The notes under the pieces are model-generated. The model saw nothing but the letters and a program-made list of their open reading frames with translations, was not told where the DNA came from and searched no databases. 64,000 nt of DNA from Marinicella sp. (lineage in GTDB: Bacteria; Pseudomonadota; Gammaproteobacteria; Xanthomonadales; Marinicellaceae). The number at the start of each line of letters is the position of its first letter. The first letter of the stretch is position 1. Shown here piece after piece: positions 1 to 8,252 of this stretch. The stretch covers positions 2,848,001 through 2,912,000 of the forward strand of contig OZ246001.1 of assembly GCA_965230295.1 (NCBI GenBank), given 5' to 3'. The position numbers and the translations under genes were made by a program.

Positions 1-1119
1 ATCCGCTTTTTCAACCGCTGAAATCCACTTGGCGGACGTCCCAAAGTGGGTGATACCATGACGATCAATCAAATCAAACAAACGATGACCATCCGGATAG
101 AATGGAGAACCATCGTACAAAACCAGACTGGCGCCCGTGCCCAAAGTTGAAACCATCCAGTTCCACATCATCCAGCCACAGGTGGTGAAATAAAACAGTC
201 GTTTCCCTTCGGCCACGTTGGCATGCAACATCAGTTCTTTTAAGTGTTGTAGCAAGATGCCGCCGGTGCGGTGCACAATACATTTGGGTTTACCAGTGGT
301 GCCTGATGAGTACAGAATATATAGCGGGTGATCAAATGGCACTGGGGTGAAAACCATGGGCTGTAATGGATCGGCATCTTGCAACCAGGCTTTATAATCC
401 ATAACACCAGCAATTGATGTTTGATCATGTTCAACAAAATCGATCACCACTGTTTGTTCTATGCTGTCAATCTGGGCCGTGATTTGTTCAACTTTTTCCA
501 AACACCCATGGGTCTTGCCGTTGTATTCATAGGCATTAACAGTGAACAAGACTTTGGGTTTAATTTGCCCAAAACGATCCACCACCCCATTGATACCAAA
601 ATCAGGAGAAGTGGATGACCACACGGCGCCTAAGGATGTGGTGGCTAACATCACCACAATGGTTTCGGGTATGTTGGGCAAAAAGCCTGCCACCCGATCA
701 CCCATGCCCACGCCACAAGAGCGCAGTTGCTGTTGTACTTGTGAGACTTGTTTGATCAGATCGTTGTAGCTTAAGGAGCTTATCTTTTGAGACTCAGATT
801 CAAACACCAGGGCTTTATCATCTCCTTGGTGTTTCAACAGGTTTTCGGCAAAATTCAAAGTCATGCCATCAAACCATTGGGCTTCGATCATGTGGCCATG
901 GTCCTGTAAATCAGATTCGGCCTCTTGGTGATAAATCACCCCACAAAAATCAAGCACAGCACGCCAGAATAGGGCCCTGTTTTTGATGGAAAAATCATGC
1001 AGTTGATCGTAGTTGTTGATGTTTAAATCTTCTTGGCGGTTGATCATTTCAGTGAATTGAGTCATTTGGCTGTTGGCCAAAAGGTCTGCAGATGGTTGCC
1101 ATAGCATGCGATCTGACAT
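1..1119 (-). CDS. Acetoacetate--CoA ligase (acetoacetyl-CoA synthetase), N-terminal part, runs off window start
   Basis: Manually translated (absent from track): MSDRMLWQPS..., WSSTSPDFG, AMP-binding motif YILYSSGTTGKPKCIVH, FYFTTCGWMMWNW. Confidence 0.9.
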   Translation of the reverse strand, partial: MSDRMLWQPSADLLANSQMTQFTEMINRQEDLNINNYDQLHDFSIKNRALFWRAVLDFCGVIYHQEAESDLQDHGHMIEAQWFDGMTLNFAENLLKHQGDDKALVFESESQKISSLSYNDLIKQVSQVQQQLRSCGVGMGDRVAGFLPNIPETIVVMLATTSLGAVWSSTSPDFGINGVVDRFGQIKPKVLFTVNAYEYNGKTHGCLEKVEQITAQIDSIEQTVVIDFVEHDQTSIAGVMDYKAWLQDADPLQPMVFTPVPFDHPLYILYSSGTTGKPKCIVHRTGGILLQHLKELMLHANVAEGKRLFYFTTCGWMMWNWMVSTLGTGASLVLYDGSPFYPDGHRLFDLIDRHGITHFGTSAKWISAVEKAD

Positions 1120-1393
1120 GGTGAGAATGTTTCCTGGAAAAGGCATTGATTTTAACAAGAAAGTAATTGGGATTTCATGGTAATTACATAACATTTTCTT
1201 ATCGGTTGTGGTTATGAAAGGAATGAACATGTTGTTTTTTGTTTTGTAATTATTTGTATGCAATAATGCAATAATATTTAATAAATATGACAAAAAATCA
1301 TTATTAACATGAAAAAAATCTTTAATTTGAAATAATTATTGCAAATTAAAAAGCTTAATGCTAAATTATAAGCAAGTTAGCAGAATACAAACC

Positions 1394-2227
1394 ATGAAAA
1401 ACGAATTAAAAAAAGTAGCCATTCAGATGTTGGTCCAGATTTTCAGGCCTTTGGTCAGAATACTGTTGAGGTTGAACATGCCGTTCAATGAAGTCAGCGA
1501 TGTTCTGAAATGGACTTATGTAGATGTGGCCAACCAACATTATGGTATCAAAGGGAAAGCCCCAACTAAATCGAGGATTTCTGTCATCACTGGATTATCA
1601 CGCACCCAAGTTGACTTACAAATGAAGTCTAATTTATTTGAAGATGAGACACACCAATATAAATGGAACCGTGCTGTGAGGGTTTTAACCGGTTGGGTGG
1701 AAGACAAAGCATACTTGGATCCACATGGGAAAGCCAAAATCATACCTTTAGATGCGCAGAATGAACCCAGTTTTAAACAATTGGTTGAACAGTATTCAGG
1801 AGGAGCTACTTACAGATCGATCCTTGATGACTTGCTGTTATCAGGCTCCATTAAAGTCAATAACGAACAGGTTGAATTGATCAAACCATACTATTTGACT
1901 GTCAACGACCCAGATGACATTCAAAAAATTAATTTTTTGGGTGTTTCAACCCAGTATCTATTAGAAACCATCGATCACAACATCGATCCAAACAGATCTG
2001 ATCCAAGGTTTCAAAGAATTGTATTTCATGAACATTTACCTAAATCTTTGGAAAATATCGCTGAATCCTTTGTGCGCGATAAAAGCCAACAGTTAGCCAA
2101 TGAAGTTGATGAATACCTCGAACATTTGATTCAGTATGCCAAAGACGATGGTGAAACCATCCCATTTTTAGGACTTGGTTTGTATTACTACCAAGCCGAT
2201 ACTGAATCTAATCCAAGCAAAAATTAA
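1394..2227 (+). CDS. DUF6502-like protein (putative DNA-binding regulator)
   Basis: RPLVRILLR...SRISVITGLSR...RVLTGW...SFKQLV...RFQRIV pattern; lies upstream of a DUF5666-like gene; ATG 1394 preferred over track start 1358. Confidence 0.7.
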   Translation: MKNELKKVAIQMLVQIFRPLVRILLRLNMPFNEVSDVLKWTYVDVANQHYGIKGKAPTKSRISVITGLSRTQVDLQMKSNLFEDETHQYKWNRAVRVLTGWVEDKAYLDPHGKAKIIPLDAQNEPSFKQLVEQYSGGATYRSILDDLLLSGSIKVNNEQVELIKPYYLTVNDPDDIQKINFLGVSTQYLLETIDHNIDPNRSDPRFQRIVFHEHLPKSLENIAESFVRDKSQQLANEVDEYLEHLIQYAKDDGETIPFLGLGLYYYQADTESNPSKN

Positions 2228-2249
2228 GCACTCTATTGTGGAGAACAAC

Positions 2250-3761
2250 ATGAAACAAATAACCAAACAGAGCAAGTCCATCTTCATTATCTTATTGATC
2301 GGTATCAGTTTTCAACTCATTGCCACTGAGTTAAACAAAGGGCAAGGTGGAACGGGATTGACGATCAACAACATCAGAAATTTTGATATAGATCAGAATA
2401 CTGTCATTAAAGAAGATGGGGTAGAGATCCCCGAAATCAGGGGACAAGGTGGTACAGGATTTAAAATTCGTTATCGCGTTGGCGGTGATGTGAATCCGGA
2501 TGTCACCAATGGCACTTTAGAAGAGATTGATTTGATCAATACACATAAAGGTCCAATCACATCGCTAGACCCATTCAGGATTTTTAATGTCGATGCATTG
2601 ATTACTTCGGATACGTTCTTTGACGATGATTTGGTGTTTGCAGACATTGTCATGGGCGATGAATTGAAGTTAAGTGGTTTTGTTGATAGTAACTCAACTT
2701 TAATAGTAAGTCGGGTAGAAGCCGATAACGACCCATTGGTTGAGTGGAAACTTTCTGGTTTTGTGTCTGCATTGAATGCATCACAATTCAATATACAAAA
2801 CCAAGTTGTGTTGATCGGTGGTGTCTTGCCAGACGACTGTGATTTGGGTCTGGCCGATGGTGATTTTGTAGAAATAAAAGCCACGCCTGATCCTATGTTT
2901 ACTAATGGTTCGCCATTGACAACAGTGACTCAAATTGAATGTAAACCTCAGGGCATCAATACCCTGCCTGGAGATGTCGTTCCTGTGGCATTAGAAGGTT
3001 TGGTTGATTTTGAAGACATTGACAACAGCAGTTCCTTCACCATCGCTGGCCAGACAGTCAACGTAACAGGTACAACCATTTATATCAATGGGGAAATTGA
3101 TGACATTGTTATCGGTGCCAAACTAGAAGTTGAAGGTTTGATGAACACCACCACTTCTGTTATTGAAGCCTTGAAAGTTAAATTCAAAGAAGTGCGATTC
3201 AGGTTTGAAGAACCTGTCCAGCCTGGTGATGTAAATGTCGGTGAATCAATCCAATTGTTTGGTCAAACCATTTTAACGACACCACAGCTTCGAGATGAAG
3301 ACGGGATCATAGGTTCTGGACTGGCAGTGGTAACTCAGGTTGAAGTTCGAGGGTACAGTGACAGCGATGGAAATTTGTATGCAACCAGGGTGAGAGAAAG
3401 GGGCAACCCTGATCCCAATGATGTTAGGGCAGACGGACAAATTACAGCCATCAACGATCCATTCATAGAAGTCAATGGCGTGGTTGTAGATTCATCTTTT
3501 AGCTTATTCTTTGACCTCAATGGTTTGCCAATCAATGCCACTGATTTTTTTAGTCAAGTTGCTGTTGGGACAGAGGTCGAAGTTCAAGATGCGATGGTGG
3601 ATGAGAACACCAACATCATTTCTGGAGGTGCGATCAGTATAGATGAAGCAGATGATTTCAACAGAGTCAATGGGCCAGAAAAAGCAGGTGTCACAGGTGG
3701 CCTGGGTATTGGGACTGTGACCAGTAAAAAAGACACCATCTTTGCCAATTCATTTGAATAA
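2250..3761 (+). CDS. Secreted DUF5666-like repeat protein with C-terminal DTIFANSFE tag
   Basis: GGAG RBS then ATG 2250; signal peptide; GQGGTG twice; repeated G-x-V/I...V-E-V-x-G beta modules. Confidence 0.7.
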   Translation: MKQITKQSKSIFIILLIGISFQLIATELNKGQGGTGLTINNIRNFDIDQNTVIKEDGVEIPEIRGQGGTGFKIRYRVGGDVNPDVTNGTLEEIDLINTHKGPITSLDPFRIFNVDALITSDTFFDDDLVFADIVMGDELKLSGFVDSNSTLIVSRVEADNDPLVEWKLSGFVSALNASQFNIQNQVVLIGGVLPDDCDLGLADGDFVEIKATPDPMFTNGSPLTTVTQIECKPQGINTLPGDVVPVALEGLVDFEDIDNSSSFTIAGQTVNVTGTTIYINGEIDDIVIGAKLEVEGLMNTTTSVIEALKVKFKEVRFRFEEPVQPGDVNVGESIQLFGQTILTTPQLRDEDGIIGSGLAVVTQVEVRGYSDSDGNLYATRVRERGNPDPNDVRADGQITAINDPFIEVNGVVVDSSFSLFFDLNGLPINATDFFSQVAVGTEVEVQDAMVDENTNIISGGAISIDEADDFNRVNGPEKAGVTGGLGIGTVTSKKDTIFANSFE

Positions 3762-3837
3762 TGGCCTGCCATTAGCCCCTGGGACAATTGGCTCAGGGGC
3801 CATAACCAAGTAAACCATAATCACGCTAATCCACCAC

Positions 3838-4131
3838 ATGAGTTATTCATCAACAATGGTACATCAAGTCGACTTTAGGCACCGGATCATTAAGGTTTCT
3901 ACCGACCGCATCATCAGTGCTTATTTAGATGAATATTTAATCAAAGGCAGGGGTGTTGGAGACGTTATCTGGATCCCTATAAAAGATGTTCAAAAACAAC
4001 ACAGGACCACCATTGTGCATATCGACAATGAGCGTTTATACCCCGTCGGACAATTATGTATTTCCAATTCGATCAGGTTGTTTATCAACCAATGCCATCA
4101 GATCAAAGGTCATAAAGTATGTTTTTACTGA
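3838..4131 (+). CDS. Hypothetical small protein (doubtful)
   Basis: Only ORF in a ~560-bp gap; no clear RBS or motif. Confidence 0.25.
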   Translation: MSYSSTMVHQVDFRHRIIKVSTDRIISAYLDEYLIKGRGVGDVIWIPIKDVQKQHRTTIVHIDNERLYPVGQLCISNSIRLFINQCHQIKGHKVCFY

Positions 4132-4337
4132 ATTTGATATCAGACACTCTTGAGCTAAATTATAGTCAAATGGTACCAGGTTGGAATCATTTGATTTTAA
4201 CTTAAGTAGTGGCTTTAATCACCTCGCTTAGAGGCTGCTTTACTTAGAGTAGCCATGTGTTAAGTTGTTAAATCTATACCCCTCTTTTGTCTGCACAGGT
4301 ATAATTCAGCCTTTATCTATTTATGGAAGTGAAGGCA

Positions 4338-6479
4338 ATGAATTCATCCAAGGGAGTTTTATTTTTGGCCGTCTTATTGGCGGTTTTTATCAGCGGTTGT
4401 GATAACAAAAGCAGCCATTCTGCTGCAGTTCTTACAGAACGGACATCTTACGAATTAGATGACAACAACACTGCGTGGTTACATCACTATTTACCAGATG
4501 GTGCTGTGGCTTATTTTAATATTCCGACTCCTTGGAACTATTTGTTCGATGCCAAGGCGGATGCCATGCATCCCGTTCAATCATTGGCTGCTCACCAAGA
4601 GCAAGTGGCAAAAATTAAACAAGGTGTTAAAGACAATTATTTTAAATTCATTCCTGTCGATTATCAGGGGTTGGTTTCGCTGTTGGTTGAACACACCAAA
4701 ACTTCTTTAGAGGTGGCTGTGATCAACAATGCACCAACTGCATTGTTGCCAACTTTTGCAGTCGGCACACGGTTGCAAAATATTTCTACCGCTGACTTGG
4801 TGGCCCATTTGACTGCAGTTTTGCAAAAGGTGGATCCCGTTGCCGAGCTACAGTTCCTGGACAAGCAAACCATGTACACGTTCAAAGCAGGCCAGTTTCC
4901 TGCGTTTTTAAAATTTGACGAATCAGATGGCCGAATGTTGGTCTATGGTGGTATGGGTGCCAGTCAGGACAAAATGAATGACTTGTGGAGCAACCCCAAA
5001 GCTGATCAATTAACACAAATAAAAAATTTCAATGTGGCATCTGACCCCAGTGGCTTGAATATGAAAATGTGGCTGGCTGCGGCCAAGTTGTATCAGATGG
5101 GCAAAGCTTTTGTTCCGCCTGCAGAACAAGCCATGATCACCCAGTTTGGATTGGATCAGATGGATTTTATTTGGTTGGGGACTGAATCGAATCAGGGTCA
5201 ATCTGCTTTGGCTTTACATGTGATGATGCCAGAAACCGGCTGGCGCTTGGCGTTACCCAGAGCTGGTGAATGGTTCGATGTGGAAGTGGCAGGTAAGCCA
5301 AGATCGGTGATGCAGTTTACATTGCCAACCTCTGGTCAAGTTAAACAAGCCATTGCCCATTTCAAGTTGGATGAAAAGTTGAGTGACTCTGTTCGAAAAG
5401 ACATGGAAAAGTGGCGTGAGATCAGTGCAGCGGTGGGGTTCGATTTTTATGATTTATTGGATGCTTATTATCAACAAATCATTTATGTGAATGATGAATC
5501 AGGGTCTTGGTTTGCGATGAAAATTAAAGACCAATCTTTGCACAAAAAAATGGAAAGTGGATTCAATGAATATTTCGGCATCAATCCTGAGGCCAAACAG
5601 CTGGAAGGTGTTGACATCATGCAAGCACACTTTTCCCTGTATGCAAAATTATTTGAGAAACAGACAGATAAGCCAGCAGATGCCGCTCAAATTCAACAGT
5701 TTTTAAGTGTGTTCAAAGACCACATGTATTGGTATCAAGATGGCGATGTTTTTTATATGAGCAAAGTGCCACAAATTTTAGCTGTGAAAAAACGACATGC
5801 CAACACCATACAGTTGTCAGATTGGTTGGCGAAAAACCAAGGCGACGATTGGCATTCGGCGATATTCGCTTACGGCAAAGACGTGAAACATTTACCTCAG
5901 GACCTGTATCATTATTACCTTCAGTTATTGCAAGGTTTGGGTGATTTGGTACAGACTGAGGTCGATTTGTTTGCTTTGCCAACAGCTTCTGCTTTGAATT
6001 TACCTGAGTCAGGCCGAATCAATTTGGTGCTCTCATCTGATGCTGAAAAAGTCAGTTTCAGGTTTGGTTATGAGTACTCTTTTCTGGAGCCCATCATGAC
6101 TGCAGAAGGCGGGTTTGCCGCTTTGGCAGTGGTTGGGATCATGGCTGCTTATGCCATTCCGGCTTATCATGATTATGTGATCAGGGCCAAAATTGGTGAA
6201 CAAATGGCTTTGGCCAGTGTCATCAAATACACAGTGGCAGAAGAATACATCACTCAGGGTAATTTTGTCGGCGTACCGGCGGCCGTTGAAATGCCTGCTG
6301 CAAACTTTGATTTTGATGTAGAAACAGGTGTGATCACGATCAACTTAGCAGGCGTTGATTCGAGGTTCAGTGCCGATGATGAAATCTATCTTGAGCCTGT
6401 CTTTGATGAAGAATACCTGGAGTGGTATTGTTACAGCAACATCAAGGAGGCCTATTTGCCAGCCAGTTGCCGCGATTGA
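4338..6479 (+). CDS. Large lipoprotein with C-terminal type IV pilin-like domain
   Basis: Lipobox FISG-C; C-terminal AVVGIMAAYAIPAYHDYVIRAKIGE...TGVITI...WYCYSN...LPASCRD resembles PilA helix, head and disulfide loop. Confidence 0.75.
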   Translation: MNSSKGVLFLAVLLAVFISGCDNKSSHSAAVLTERTSYELDDNNTAWLHHYLPDGAVAYFNIPTPWNYLFDAKADAMHPVQSLAAHQEQVAKIKQGVKDNYFKFIPVDYQGLVSLLVEHTKTSLEVAVINNAPTALLPTFAVGTRLQNISTADLVAHLTAVLQKVDPVAELQFLDKQTMYTFKAGQFPAFLKFDESDGRMLVYGGMGASQDKMNDLWSNPKADQLTQIKNFNVASDPSGLNMKMWLAAAKLYQMGKAFVPPAEQAMITQFGLDQMDFIWLGTESNQGQSALALHVMMPETGWRLALPRAGEWFDVEVAGKPRSVMQFTLPTSGQVKQAIAHFKLDEKLSDSVRKDMEKWREISAAVGFDFYDLLDAYYQQIIYVNDESGSWFAMKIKDQSLHKKMESGFNEYFGINPEAKQLEGVDIMQAHFSLYAKLFEKQTDKPADAAQIQQFLSVFKDHMYWYQDGDVFYMSKVPQILAVKKRHANTIQLSDWLAKNQGDDWHSAIFAYGKDVKHLPQDLYHYYLQLLQGLGDLVQTEVDLFALPTASALNLPESGRINLVLSSDAEKVSFRFGYEYSFLEPIMTAEGGFAALAVVGIMAAYAIPAYHDYVIRAKIGEQMALASVIKYTVAEEYITQGNFVGVPAAVEMPAANFDFDVETGVITINLAGVDSRFSADDEIYLEPVFDEEYLEWYCYSNIKEAYLPASCRD

Positions 6480-6491
6480 ATCACTCGAATC

Positions 6492-6521
6492 CACTGATGC
6501 TGATATCATTCAGCATCAGTG
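6492..6521. terminator. Inverted repeat between convergent genes
   Basis: cactgatgctga-tatcat-tcagcatcagtg. Confidence 0.55.
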
Positions 6522-6533
6522 AATGGGCTCACT

Positions 6534-7097
6534 TTATGGCGTTTTGATGCGCAGCAAAAAAGGTAAATCAAATCTGCTTTCCGTGTCTTCAAAAGGCACC
6601 CAACCTGGCGGGTTGGGTCTGGCATCAAAGAACCCGCCTCCAGCAGGATAGGAATCGCCTACTGGACTGCCAGAGATACCACAAGAACCCGTGGCATTTT
6701 CAAGCACAATGGCATATTGATCTCCGGCATTGACCAGCAAATTGCCAGGTATGCCAAAGTACCTGAATTGGGTGACCAAGTTACTGACCCTGCTGCCTCT
6801 GATTTTTTTGTTGGTAAAAGTCAAACTTCCTGGCTCGCCCAACACCACGTCATTGATTGAAATGTTGAGTCGACCGTCGGCACAACTGATTGGCAAATAA
6901 ACACCCTTCAAGATACCAGTGGTGCTGATGGTGACTGTTTGTGCCAGTTTTTGATCACTGCTGCCACCTATGGCTAAAATGGCACTGTTGTCAATATTGG
7001 GTTGCAATTGATCAATGATTTTTGCTGCTTGACCCGTACCTGAGAATCCAATAGCCAGCCCTCCGGCCATGACCAATGTGTTAACTATTTTTTTCAT
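6534..7097 (-). CDS. Hypothetical secreted beta-rich protein
   Basis: AGGAG RBS then ATG 7097 (MKKIVNTLVMAGGLAIGFSGTGQA signal peptide); track extension upstream runs into a repeat element. Confidence 0.7.
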   Translation of the reverse strand: MKKIVNTLVMAGGLAIGFSGTGQAAKIIDQLQPNIDNSAILAIGGSSDQKLAQTVTISTTGILKGVYLPISCADGRLNISINDVVLGEPGSLTFTNKKIRGSRVSNLVTQFRYFGIPGNLLVNAGDQYAIVLENATGSCGISGSPVGDSYPAGGGFFDARPNPPGWVPFEDTESRFDLPFLLRIKTP

Positions 7098-7175
7098 AAT
7101 GTGCTCCTGATTATTTTTCAGATGACAACCTGGTTGGGTTGTGTTGTACCTGGAGAACTGTCGGACAGTTCGACT

Positions 7176-7574
7176 GGCGCAGGTAATGAAAGCATGGTGG
7201 TTTACCTGAAAGGTAATAAGCCTTGCTTGAATACCGTAGCGCGTGCACTCGGTTAGGCAGATCATGTAAGAATGGCGATTTGACAAAGTCAAGAAGCCTT
7301 GATGGAATGATCGATAAGCCGTGAAGCCTTGCTGGTCGCTTCCGCATCCTGCTCACGCGACAGACCTACATCCCTGTAGGCCAGCCAGAGAGTGCAAGCC
7401 CGAAGTAGTAAGCCATGTCCGACGAGGCCGCTTTCACTTTTGTCAGGAATAGACATCCGAAGTGAGCAAACGCGAACTTGAGGTCAAATAAGAGTTAGAA
7501 GATGCTGGTTTTTTTGTGCAACAAAAAAGAAGGCATTTCTAACCATTCTCCAGAATGAAGTCCCAAGGACATTC
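7176..7574. repeat. Dispersed modular structured repeat, copy A
   Basis: Blockwise homology to the reverse complement of 26826-27424 and 48315-48378. Confidence 0.8.
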
Positions 7575-7689
7575 ATTATATAGTTCGCAATGTCGGTTAA
7601 ATTTGTGACATCGGTTGTGCCTGTTTGAATGTTCTTTGGGTACTGCAATCTGTTATTATCATGTCATTGATGACCAAGATAAGGATACT

Positions 7690-8163
7690 GTGAGCACATT
7701 CCTACTCAATGCCAAAGCCAAAGAAAACACACAAAAATGTCTGCTCCGTGGGCTGTATGCAGTGTTGATGTTGGTGATTGGTCTGAATTCTTCTTTCAGC
7801 AAAGATGAGGACCAGAACCAACTCAGTCCAGTGGTTACAGTGACCAAAAACGCCTATCAGGCCTATGCGGTCCGGAAGCTGGTCATTGATGCCATCATGG
7901 CTACCCATGATGTGAGAACTCAATTGGTAGATCAATGGCATGCAAAGGGTCATTATGATGACAAGGCCATCAAAGGATTGATGGCTGGTCAATCGATCGA
8001 CACGGTCACCGGTGTGGTGACGATTGATCTGACAACAGTTTCTGGTGCTTTTCAGGAGGGTGATGTGGTTGCCTTACACCCTGAAAATGAAGCCGGTTTT
8101 TTTACTTGGCAATGTCGCAGCAATGTCAGTTCAAATAAGGTTCCTGGTTCATGTCAAAAATGA
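7690..8163 (+). CDS. Signal-peptide-bearing pilin-head-like protein
   Basis: AAGGA RBS + GTG 7690; NAYQAYAVR...TGVVTIDL...WQCRSN...PGSCQK aligns with the pilin head of the 4338 protein. Confidence 0.65.
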   Translation: MSTFLLNAKAKENTQKCLLRGLYAVLMLVIGLNSSFSKDEDQNQLSPVVTVTKNAYQAYAVRKLVIDAIMATHDVRTQLVDQWHAKGHYDDKAIKGLMAGQSIDTVTGVVTIDLTTVSGAFQEGDVVALHPENEAGFFTWQCRSNVSSNKVPGSCQK

Positions 8164-8252
8164 CACACAAAAACACCCTTCTATGTGACTATCAACACTT
8201 ATTTTCATCCCAATACATTTGTTAAGATGATTAACTTTTTTTGAAGGGAGAA

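Noticed and set aside
7250-7545. Integron attC sites (GTTAGGC at 7252, GTTAGAA/TTCTAAC at 7494/7537, GCCTAAC at 27416)
   Set aside because: Core and inverse-core order does not fit RYYYAAC...GTTRRRY, there is no cassette periodicity, and no intI is in the window
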